Source of the DNA: Rhizaria sp. SCN 62-66
Lineage: Eukaryota
NCBI GenBank assembly: GCA_001724265.1
Contig: MEDY01000335.1
Location: 1 to 32,752 of the forward strand
Length of the DNA stretch: 32,752 nt
Direction of reading: 5' to 3'
Shown here: positions 19,801 to 29,170 of the stretch, one piece after another
How positions within the stretch are numbered: position 1 is the stretch's first letter
Layout: each line of letters begins with the position of its first letter
Translations under genes and position numbers: made by a program
The notes under the pieces: generated by a model
Told to the model about the DNA's origin: nothing
The model's input: the letters and a program-made list of their open reading frames with translations, nothing else
Databases searched by the model: none

Positions 19801-22368
19801 GGCGGCGGCGGCGCGCGCCTTGGCGGCGGCCTGGCTCTGCGCGTGGTGCTGTGCCTGAGTGCTCGACCGCTGCTGCAGCAGCGCCAGCTTGTGGTCGATC
19901 GCGTCGAGGCTGCTGCGCGTGGACGACGCGAGCTCCAGCATCCCGTCCGACGGCCCGCTGAGTCCAGAGCCGCCGCCGCCTCCGCCGCCGCCGCCGAGGG
20001 GGCCAACCGCGGTGGATGTGGACGGGGAGATGAGGCGGAGGATGTAAGTGCGCAGCGCGTGCCGCTCCAAGGGGGAGAGCCGGGCGCGGACGGAGTGGGA
20101 CCACGCCGCCAGCGCGCTGTTCTCCCTATCGCGACCGCCACCACTGCCGATGCCGCTGCTAGTATCACTGCCAGGCTCCACCTGACCGTGGCCAGCGCCG
20201 TCGCCACCGCCGGCCGGGCGCCTGACAGTGCCTGCGTTGTCGTTATCAGCGTTAGCCGAGTTGTTACGCGCCGATGTGGGGTCTGCTAGGTGGTACTTGA
20301 TCTCAAGCTGCTTCAGGTACTCCTCCGTCGACATCGCTCCCGTCGCATTCCCCTCGGCGTCAGTCTCAACGGGGACGAGACTCGTGCTCTCGCTAGCGTT
20401 GGCTATGTTGTTGTTGCCACTGTTGGGTGCAACCTCAGTGAAGAAGGTCGGACCACCGGTACTCACAGTCGCAGACGTCTTCGCATTGGAGTTCACGGGC
20501 GCCGTGTTCACAGGCACCGTCTCAGCGGCGGCACTGGTCGGCTCGCCCTCATTGTCGGAGTTATCGGCGTTAACGTCGTCGTCGTCGTCTTCGCCGTCGT
20601 TGTCGACCATGTCCGCGGCGGCGCTCGCCTGCAGCGTCTCCACGGCCGTCTCGGTCTCGGCGTCGACCTCGGCCTCGGCACGGCTGAGCGCGGCGAGCGC
20701 ACGTTCGGCCGCCTGCTGCTGCGTCTCGCGCTGCGCGATCTGCGCGTCCAGCTCCTGCATCAGCCGCATCGCCAGCGCCTCGTCGTCGACGTCGCCGTCG
20801 CCGTCGTCGTTGCCGCCGCCGGCGGCGGCGTCGCCGGCGTCATCAGCGATTGTGCTAAAGTTAGGATTGTGTTGATCGCTGACAGTGTCCTCCGGCCGCG
20901 CTTTCTGCTGCGCCTCAAGCTCTGTCACTTGCTCTCGCTCCTGCTGCTGGTGCGCAGACTCAAGCTGCTTGAGATACGTCTCCAGCTCGCTGCGCATCGC
21001 GGCGCCGGCCGCCACGCTCGCGACCGCGCTCGCAGTGGTATTAGCCGCCGCCGCGCTGTGCGTGGTGGCGCCGGACAAGATGCGCACGCGGTTCGCGGGC
21101 TTCGCTGCCGCAGCCGCTGTATTCGGGGTCGCAGTTGCGCCTACGCGGCCAGCTTTATCATCGGCGTCGTCGTCGTCGTCGCTGCCGCCGCTGCCGCCGC
21201 CCCCGCGTGCGTACCCCGACCCCTGCTCACGGACACTGAGCTGTTCACGGTCACTGCCGGGCTCATGGTCACTGAGCTCGTCCTCTGGGTCGCCCAGCGC
21301 GGCCAGCAGCGCGCGCGCCCGCTCCGCCGCCTCCGTCTGCGCAGACCGCAGCTGCTGCGCAGCGCTCACGGTCGCGCTCACGGTCGCGCTCACGGTCGCG
21401 GGCATAGTCGCGGGCATAGTCGCAGGCAAAGTCGCGGACACGGTTGCGTTGACTGTGTTTCTGCCGGCGCGCGCACTGGACGGCGCGAGAGCAGACTTCT
21501 GCGTTGTTGTCGTTGCAGCTGGCGTAGACGCAGCAGCAGAGCCAGCACTCGCACTCGTGTTCACGGAAGCGCTTGAGCCAGCGCCAGTGCCAGTGCCAGC
21601 AGCAGCGCCAGAGCCGGTACCGGTGCGTTTCGTGAACGAGCTCCTCGGCGACGCAAAGGTTCTCGAACCAGAGCCAGACGCAGAGCCTGTCGCGGAGCCA
21701 GAGGCAGACGCGGACGACGACAGGGGGCGCGGCGCTGCGGCGGCGGGCGCGGCGGACTCCGGCCGCGGCAGGCGGAAGCCCGCGGCGTGGAAGTGTGCCA
21801 GTAGCGCCGAGAGCTCGCGCTGGTGGGACGCGAAGTCGACCGAAAACGCGTCGCTACTCAGCTCAGTCGCGGCGGCCCCGCTGGAGCTTGAGACACCGCA
21901 ATCACCGCCTGCGTTCGTCGCTGTCGCTGTTATGCGCGACTGCTGCGGCGTTGCGGTCGCGACTGCCGGTCCAGTAAACGCAGACGCTGGCGGCGCAAAC
22001 TCCGACGCGCCCGCGCCCGCGGTCGCGGCCGCGGTGGTGTTAGAAAGGAGCGCCTGGAGATGCGCGAGCTGGTCCCGGGCGCCAGAGCTCTCGCTCTCCT
22101 GCTCCGCCAGCGTCGCCTCCGCCTCCTGCAGCAGCGCGCGCGCGCGGTCGCGCAGCCGCCGCACCGCTGCGCCGCCGTCGCCGCCGTCGCCGGCATTGGC
22201 ACCGGCGGCCGAGGTTGAAGCAGAGCTAGAGGCAGAGCTAGAGGCAGGGCTAGCGGCAGAGCTTGGAGTGGCAGTGGATGAGGGTGGGGCGGCGGGGCCG
22301 TGTGCAGCTGCAGAAGAGTTGTGGGCAGTCATGGTTGTGCCTGGTAGACGCGGCGTCTGGGCGGACAT
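16834..22368 (-). CDS. 1844-aa low-complexity coiled-coil protein, probably FSIP1-like (fibrous sheath-interacting protein 1 family), single exon
   Basis: Uninterrupted 5.5-kb ORF. Islands in the order AMRLMQELDAQIAQRE, TFFTEV, ENSALA..RLSPLERHALRTYI, SLDAIDHKLALL, FLSRVR..LRARLRSL and LPSKTVEALARRAL parallel FSIP1 blocks as I recall them (KMKKLDKILA, VFHTQ, RNIELA..EKKRLVELL, LAEIDIKLQEL, ILRNTKEQR..IDEKLK, LSEEQLKCLL). The CDS is near certain; the family call is tentative. Confidence 0.55.
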   Translation of the reverse strand: MSAQTPRLPGTTMTAHNSSAAAHGPAAPPSSTATPSSAASPASSSASSSASTSAAGANAGDGGDGGAAVRRLRDRARALLQEAEATLAEQESESSGARDQLAHLQALLSNTTAAATAGAGASEFAPPASAFTGPAVATATPQQSRITATATNAGGDCGVSSSSGAAATELSSDAFSVDFASHQRELSALLAHFHAAGFRLPRPESAAPAAAAPRPLSSSASASGSATGSASGSGSRTFASPRSSFTKRTGTGSGAAAGTGTGAGSSASVNTSASAGSAAASTPAATTTTQKSALAPSSARAGRNTVNATVSATLPATMPATMPATVSATVSATVSAAQQLRSAQTEAAERARALLAALGDPEDELSDHEPGSDREQLSVREQGSGYARGGGGSGGSDDDDDADDKAGRVGATATPNTAAAAAKPANRVRILSGATTHSAAAANTTASAVASVAAGAAMRSELETYLKQLESAHQQQEREQVTELEAQQKARPEDTVSDQHNPNFSTIADDAGDAAAGGGNDDGDGDVDDEALAMRLMQELDAQIAQRETQQQAAERALAALSRAEAEVDAETETAVETLQASAAADMVDNDGEDDDDDVNADNSDNEGEPTSAAAETVPVNTAPVNSNAKTSATVSTGGPTFFTEVAPNSGNNNIANASESTSLVPVETDAEGNATGAMSTEEYLKQLEIKYHLADPTSARNNSANADNDNAGTVRRPAGGGDGAGHGQVEPGSDTSSGIGSGGGRDRENSALAAWSHSVRARLSPLERHALRTYILRLISPSTSTAVGPLGGGGGGGGGSGLSGPSDGMLELASSTRSSLDAIDHKLALLQQRSSTQAQHHAQSQAAAKARAAAAARTRAMEATVAALSSNAPLAVALAAGSAAAAAANAAATGAAGASAGAAAGAAGRSAGAAGAGGVSVSGSFLSRVRHADRFASAAELGLDEDLRARLRSLGAASTSSAASSLLGSSTGDAAATGGDPASEGALSANGIATAAAAAAVASNANAGGLEAAMRKLQRDLESNNPLNSTRRTRRGGASSATQQAYGDHGDGDDDDGAEDDGAEEEEEEAEVAAIREIEAAYWGGQGGSAETAAHAARASRRRMHKQQQQQQRGDAGANAGAGENDDADDAEDGGASDGVSDIDDEDCVSDDDSSHSSSTGTDAATRAGVGDANARALTASAGSSAVTARTLAIPALTLQPAANSGSSAVATSTRKAPPARPGAAPSAAATGAGAGAGTRAARLVATLPSKTVEALARRALDRLSDLLPLATPLNAAAAGSGGDGGEAAQTAVVGLPEAAASAAGGAQLASMDMGFGVAQTAQLTASVANASKSADASCAHGAAAATAAAASGATVGTGVAMPSMAAAVAATAHEHGADPAVVAALKKKLSRMLQRPTSATGGNSASGSKAAAQGSGKAKAGASGAVATPGSGSSRTAATAAAAGNSARSNANPQVANAGAAAANATASALTAGQYGSIEDSIKAALDDSEPATPAVVAPAVAAGNSAAAARAIMNASSAASGKAGAKMAGAKAALGGGGDDDDDDDYSDGDLYEGDESDGGDYTDPSYYNNDAGYAGENDDDGDDDDGIAAAVAATTTASRSSASRAGSSSTSTIATTTAAGAGAAAAASKGGRKPRGRGGGGGRGTDDLSQYWELTPEELATDTIIPSINTGGSGGSGGDISDLATLAALAAARAPAQQRARPGSRPAAGVAALGSGASAGAGADGGDAARRLAYALSTSTMSQNRPPSSGSVSSGAAIVSLNAGGGLSARTEADTGAGRPRPAVSAAAQSLLAAYAAAADVPLPSQSQSQSQSVGSDGAAPLVLPSIYKAKKAPGSAGQR
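21362..21445 (-). repeat. 12-nt coding tandem repeats (ATVS/ATLP/ATMP units)
   Basis: GCTCACGGTCGC x3 and GGGCATAGTCGC x2 on the + strand, encoding ATVSATLPATMPATMPATVSATVSATVS on the - strand. Confidence 0.85.
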
Positions 22369-23057
22369 CTCACAGGCCGCACTTCAAGGGTACAAGTGTC
22401 TGTTACAGTGCTGTAGCTGTGAGGGAAGTACGCGCTGGGGAGAGTCAAGAAAGAGTATCCGTTCGAATGAAGAGTGAGATTTCTGAAGGTTGAAAGCAGC
22501 CTCAAAAGGTTTGGTTAAAGTATAGTGTAATTTCCGTGTACTTAAAACCGTGAATGCGTGTTTCTTCGTTAGTGACGGATGTTGCATGCAATTGTGGATG
22601 AAAAGAGATGTGTGGTGGGGAGGTATCGCTCGGGAGTCGGTCGTCCGGTCAAAGCAGTAAGCGCGTTATCATTTTGCTCAATTCGCCATAAATTCGACGT
22701 CAATGCGATTATACATCGTATAATCTGGTATACTTTGGGCTTTTGTATTATCTCCTCTATTTACACTTTATGAATTTGTCATACTGCGCCGCTAGCTCTA
22801 TTATTCGCAAGGCAAGCTATCCGTTGGAGCTTGACACGCGAGTCTACCGCATTCCACGCTGATAGACCAACATAATCCGCGCCGATATGTATGATACTCG
22901 GTTGATATATTCAAACTGTTGTCTTACGCAAGTTATATATTGCTCAATTTCTAAACCTTTTGTATAGTCTTCAAACACCCCACCCGTGGTCACTGCTAGT
23001 CCCCTTTGACCTCGCCCAAACTCGCCCCCGCGCCCGCCTGCGCCCCCGCGCCGCCCC

Positions 23058-25405
23058 ATGCACCCGTCCCACTACGCGTCCTCTGCGCCCGTGCGCGTGG
23101 GCGACCCGTCGCTGACGGACTGCCCGGCGCCCGTGCGCCTGACCTCCCCCGACGACGCCGACGCGCTCTCACTTTTCCCAGCCCATCACTCTGTCCACTC
23201 CGCCCAGTCTGCCGCGGCGACCGCTGGCGGCGGCGGCGGCGGCGGCAGCGGCAACGCGCTCCCGGGGCTACGACAGGCCGTCGCACTGTGGGACGAGTCC
23301 GTCTCGAGCGACATCTCGCACCTCTCCGTCGCCGCCGCCACCGCTACCAGCAACAGTATCAACATCAACAACAACAATGCGGCCCTGTCAGCGCAGAGCT
23401 GCCAGCCGGCGCCCGCCACCGCAACGGCGACGGTGTCGACGCACGACGTGGCACCGCTGGACGACGAGGACGGCCGCGCGCGCTATCTGAACGAGCGCCT
23501 GATCGCCTACGGCTACCCGCCGCTGCCGCTGCTGGCGCCGCCTGCGGCCTCGGACAGGGCAGCGGTCATCACCGGCGTCGCGGCCGTGCTCGGGGACCGC
23601 GTCAAGGCGCTCCGCCGCTGCGCTGAGGTATGCCATATCTACGCATTGATGAAAGAAAGGAATTATATTTTCATCTGCGCGAACACTCTATTCAACTAAT
23701 GTGTATGTTTTTACCTTCGTAAACTCATGCTTCAAGACAATAGTCTCATCTTTCGTTTCTCACCGTTCTTCCCGACTTCTCCCCTTTGTTTAACCGCACC
23801 ACCCGCCCACCGCGCCCGCCGCGACCCGCGCAGCTGCAGCAGCGCGCCGAGACGGCCGAGGCGGAGATCACGCTGCACCGGCAGCGCTTCCTGGACGCGC
23901 GCGCGCAGCTGGCGGGCTCGCAACGGCGCACCGAGGAGGCCGACGCGCGCCTCGCCTGCGCGCGGACCGACCATGAGGCCGCACAACGGGCACTACGTGC
24001 GCGCGTTGCGCAGCTCGAGCGCGCCGTCGCCGCCGCCGCCGGCAAGGAGAAACGCATGGAGGCCGCCGCGCGCAGGCTCGCCGCCACCGCCGCTGACTGG
24101 CAGGGTAAGTTAGCGCGAGCACTCAGCAGCGGCGCCGGCAGCGGCGCCGGCAGCGGGGGCGGCAGCGCCAGCTCGAGCTCTGGCATGAGCAGTAACAACA
24201 CCAGTAGCAGTAGTGTTGGTGTGAGCGCTTTTGGCGCTGTCATGCGTCGCAATCATCACAACAACAGCCACAATAACAACTCTAGCTCTAGCTCTAACTC
24301 GAGTTCTAACTCGAGCTCGAGCGCGGCCGCGTCCCCCGTCCCCACCTCGGGCAACAGCGGCGGCGTTGCAAGCGCCGGCTACGAGGGCTACGCCGGCGAG
24401 GGCACGGCGGTGGGCGGGCTGCACGTGCCGGGCGTTACGGTGCGCGCCGGCTGCGTTATCAGCCGGGGCGGCGACTGGACCGCGGGCATGAGCGCGGACC
24501 AGCTCACCGACGCGCTCATGGCTAAGTACCTCGACCCCTTAGACGACGAACAGGACAACAACGACGACGGCGACGACAGTGGTCACGGTAACGGCGACGG
24601 TGGTGCTGACGGCGGGCACTTACACGAGCACTTAGACGAGGAAGATGAGCTCTACTTACACGGCAGCAACATCCTTCACAACAGCAACAACAACGGTGTC
24701 GATGACGACCACGCTGTCGCTGCCTCTGCTGATTCTGCGAAGACGGAGGCTGCTGCCGAGTGCGGCCATAGTCAGTCCTTGGACTGCGACGCGAAGACCG
24801 CCTCGCCCGCTGCTGCGAGCGTTTTCCGCGCAACCGCGCCCAAGGCGACGAGTGCGACTACGACTGGAAGCACGACTGCAAACGCGACTGCGAGCGCTGC
24901 TGGGTCCCCCCGCAGCGCGCTGGGCGGCGGCAGCGGCGACTGCAGTGGCTACTCCGGCGGCAACGGCAGCGCCAAAGAGAACATCACGCCTGTTCCCGCC
25001 GCATCCGCCTCCGCAAGCAACGGCAGCCCACAGTCGCCTTCACATCAACAGCAACAGCAGCAGCAGCAGCAGCAGTCGTCGTTCGCTTCGGCTGCGGCGG
25101 CCACGGCAGCGGCTGCGGCGGCCGCGAGTAAGTACACACACTTAGTCAAGCCGCGCCTACCTGTCCCCACGGCAACCGGCCTGGCTTACCCCGATAGTAC
25201 GATTACCAACCCCAGTCCGGGCAGCAGCCCAAGTGGCGCTTCTGCGACTGCAGCTGTCGTTGCGGCTGCTGCTGCTGCAAACGCCGGTGCAAACGCGGCT
25301 GGGGCGCGCAGGCGGTGGGGTGCTGGGGGCGCGATCGCGGCCGCGGACGTGCCCCTCGTGCCGGGCACGCCCAGCTACCACGGCCACGGCAGCAACCACA
25401 CGTGA
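23058..25405 (+). CDS. ADIP/SSX2IP/Msd1-like coiled-coil microtubule-anchoring protein, ~713 aa
   Basis: Exon 1 23058-23627, intron 23628-23833 (GTATGC..CAG, phase 0; tandem CAG alternatives 6 and 9 nt downstream), exon 2 23834-25405. YLNERLIAYGYPPLPL...AAVLGDR...RCAELQQR followed by a coiled coil matches the ADIP N-terminal pattern YLNxxLxxxGFP. Confidence 0.68.
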
Positions 25406-25979
25406 GAGAGTGTGTCAGTGTGCAGTCAATATTGGACGCATGAGTTTGCACCATGAACAGAGGAGTCTCAGTGTGCACGAGGTGCATAAACGTGGCGTTA
25501 TTCGCTTAAATGACCGGGCCAGGACTACTTCAAAACTCTTTTTTTGCGTGTATCTCACTCAGTGTATTTTGCAATAAAATCTAACATATCTCTTCATATA
25601 CAAAAGCATTACATGTAAATTGTTGATATGGTGTTTTGAATTTATTACTCAACATAAATCAGTAATATTACTTATAAATACTAGCATTCTATTCCTAAAT
25701 GTTCTGAAATTGTATCAGTCAAGGTAGAGCTTTAAATGTTGAAGCTATTTTTTTGCGGACGACTTGCAGCTACATGTTCGAATCATCTGCAATATGCAAG
25801 TTGTCTGAAATGTGTTGTATTTTGCGTGTGAAAACAAACAATCAATCTAAGTAACATCACACAGAATCGTAAGAAACTTACACTCTCTATAATTATATCA
25901 GCCGTGACCCACATGTGCTTTGCAAACAATATGATTACATCCTGAACTCATGGGAGACACCAATATCGGGTTATTTAAC

Positions 25980-27245
25980 TTACTTCCCAACGCGCGCACG
26001 GCGCAGGCGCTCCGCCTTGGACTGCGCCCCGCCGCCAGCGCCAGCAGAGCCAGAGCCGGAGCCGGAGTCAGCAGAGCCGCCGGTGAAGGCGGCGGAGTAG
26101 TTGCCCGAGGCCATCATGCGGCGCGCATCCTTCATCTCCTTCTTCATGTCGCGCACCCACTGCGTTGCGCGCGCGTGACCGTCACAGATAGCGGCGACGA
26201 ATGTGGCGAGGTGGCGAGGTGGCGAGGTGAGTGGCGAGTTGCGCGATTGCAATGCATTTTGGCAGAAACATGAAAACAAGAATACAAGACATGATATTGT
26301 GAGAGTGTCGTCGAAATAAAATCTACGACACATTTAACCATGACATATGATACATCAAAATATGTGTTAATTCTGATGATTTTCAAATAAAATCCCAGCG
26401 ATATGTCAAGAGTTATGGCGTACATCGTTGAAGTCGAAGGGCTTGGGGACCCAGGGCCGCTTGACGGCGCCGCGGCGCACGACGTGGGTGACGAAGAGTG
26501 GGTGGTAGACGAAGCGGCCGAGCGTGAGCACGGCGGCGGCGATGAGCGGCAAGCGCGAAGACAGCAGCGAGACGGCGGCGAACTGGGCTGCCAGGAAGGT
26601 GAGCACGAGCTGCTTGAAGGACTGCGTGAGGCGCATCAGGTCGTAGTCGCGGGTACTCACGGTCACATACCCCGCCGGGGTCGCCACAGTGGGCGCGGCG
26701 GCCGCTGCGGCGGAGTCGCTGCCATCAGTGAGGGCCGCCGCAGCAGCCTCAGCGGATGCGGCGGAGCTAGAGCTATTGGAGCTGGAACTTGAGGTGGGGC
26801 GCTTTGCGAAGGGGTTGTAGAAGGGGTTGAGTCCGGGCCGGTGGTGGCTGGGAAAAGTCACGGGCGTAGCGTCGTTGCGGAGGAAAATGTTGACGGCGAT
26901 AAAAAGTAGGAACACGAGCTGGGCGGCGATCGAGACGACGATCAGCGCTGCGAAGACGGGGTGCCACAGAACAAATGAGGAGATTTGGCAAGGTTATAAA
27001 TCGGCCTTCAAATCAAAAGATAGATAAAACATAGATTGGTATATTTTGTTGCTAAAAATATCAGCATCCCTCAATGGAACGTTGTTTGTGATAAGCTGGA
27101 TTCGTATTTCGAAGTGGTGACTCAGCGTGCCAGGATGTCGTGGCGTACCTTTAGCGGCGACAATAGACCACGGCCACTCGGGACCGACCAGCAGGTGGAT
27201 GATACCAGCGCCCAGCGTAAGAAGAAACGTGTATTCGTCAAACAT
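25980..27245 (-). CDS. SND3: Pho88/Snd3-family ER membrane protein, ~266 aa, 3 exons
   Basis: Exons 27245-27149, 26947-26424 and 26159-25980. Introns are GTACGC..CAG and keep the frame. STRDYDLMRL..FKQLV, PLI and HPLFVTHV...KRPW match the Pho88 pattern TVxDYD...PL...PLxxIH...RPF. Confidence 0.8.
26203..26238. repeat. Intronic 8-nt tandem repeat (GTGGCGAG)n
   Basis: GTGGCGAG x3, then GTGA, then GTGGCGAG, inside the last SND3 intron. Confidence 0.85.
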
Positions 27246-27562
27246 AGTGTGAGACGAGTGCGTGAAACACGACAGTGAAGGTGTTAGAGAGACTGGACGG
27301 AAGTCTTAGTGGAGTTGTGGTTGGGGCAAAGACCGATGATGGATAAGACATGGGTGTGAGCGATAATGACCGTGTATAGATGTAAGATTTCGATAACAAA
27401 TGAATATCGCGTATTTGTATATTATATTAAAATATTGTTCTCTGTGGTTATGTTTTTTATGACAAGATGTCATTATTCTTCTCCGTCGCCGGTCGACTCG
27501 CTCGCCCACCACTGAACTCACGCTTCACCCCGCCTCTTGTACAACATCGCACAGCGATCGCA

Positions 27563-28802
27563 ATGCCGCCCAAGGCAACCAAGGCGCAAAAGTTGTCCGC
27601 CGACACCACCACAGTCGTCCCCGCGTCCTCCTCGAGCACTGCCGCCGAGGCGGATGCGGTCATTGCTGCCGCTGCCACTGCTGGCGCAGACGCTGACGCT
27701 AATGCGACCGCCGGTGCTGCCGAGGGACCTGACGCGGCTGCCGCCGTCAAGGAGCACCCCACTATGACCCTCTGGAAGGCCCTTAAGTACGTATTATTGC
27801 TCATTCGCTGCCAGAGCATTCACGACAACTCTAGCGCACTGGAGCTCAACGCTCTTGCTCACCCAACAACTCATGTGTCAGGCCGTGTATCGCGATACAG
27901 CTCATTTGCTATGAAAAATCATTACGCTATGCTGTCCCGTTAAACATTAGCTCGGTCTTCTCTCATACTCCAATTTTTTTCTATCAATCTCAATCCACAT
28001 TCACACTCATACTTTATATCGCCCACTTCAACGCTATCTCTCAACTCACTTTTTCTGACGCCCCGCCCTCAGGGACCCACGGAACTCGTCCGCGAAGCGC
28101 TCCTGCGGGAACGCGACGCTGGCGATGGCCGTGCTGCCCGTCTCTGCCTTCTTCGCTGCGCGCAAGTTCCTCTTCCCGTCCGCGCTGCAGGGCGGCGACT
28201 GGGACGTCGACGAGTCGCTGACATACTCGGGCATCATCGCCATCATCACGGTGAACCTGATCATGGTGGCCTTCGCGGTCTGGGCCGTGCTGTGGGATCC
28301 GGACCGCGATGCGTACGATCCCGACCTGCTCGTCTCGCCCCAGGAGGCGCGGCGCAGGCTGGAGGAGCAGCGCGCGGAACAGGTCGCGGAGCAGGCGGCG
28401 CGCCGCAAGGCGGGCATCCGGGGCGGCAAGATGACTTTCGCGCCCGAGACGAGCGGTGTGCAGGGCATGCTTATGCGCATGGCCGCCTTGATGGCCCGCG
28501 GCAGCGGCGGTGCGGATGGCGCGGGTGTCGCGGGGACGGCTGAGGGCGGCAAGAAGAAGAAGGGCGCTGGTAAGAAGGCCAAGGCCAAGGCTGCCGCTGC
28601 CGCTGCGGCCGCGGAGGCTGGGGCCGAGGCTGAAGCCGAGGCTAAGGCTGGTGAGGAGCAGCATGAAGTGGACAAGGAGCAGGAGCAGGAGCAGGAGCAG
28701 GAGGATGGCGTCCGTGACCGCAAGAAGGCTGCGAGCAAGGGCAGCAACAAGAGTAAGATGAACTCTCAGGCTGCTGAAGCTGAGGCTGAGGCGAGTGACT
28801 GA
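27563..28802 (+). CDS. VMA21: VMA21-like V-ATPase assembly factor with long N- and C-terminal extensions, ~317 aa
   Basis: Exon 1 27563-27786, intron 27787-28072 (GTACGT..CAG, phase 2), exon 2 28073-28802. Two-TM core TLAMAVLPVSAFF...SGIIAIITVNLIMVAFAVWA matches the VMA21 signature AMxxLPxxxFF / AxxxVNxxxxxY. Confidence 0.8.
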
Positions 28803-29170
28803 GTAATTTATGTCAAATAGCATCAAATATGCTTGTTTTCAGAGTGAAACCCGTGATTATTTAGTAAATCCAACATCAACACCCAAGTATTAACACAAAT
28901 CTGTGTTCCTAAAGTGAAATACAATCGTTAAGGCCATTTTCTTCCGTGCGATTATGAATGTGGTTGAATTAAAAGTGAATTTGAATGTATTTATATATCA
29001 ATAATATTATAAAACGATTGAAAAAATGTTTTTCGCAAATGGCACAAAAACATCATGTAGATCGATCTGCCATTGGCCTGAGTTTGAATTGCACTATAAA
29101 CACTCAACAACATAACAAGAATTAGCTATGCTTGCTTGCCTGTTCGCTGTTCTATTTACGGCCGGCGACT

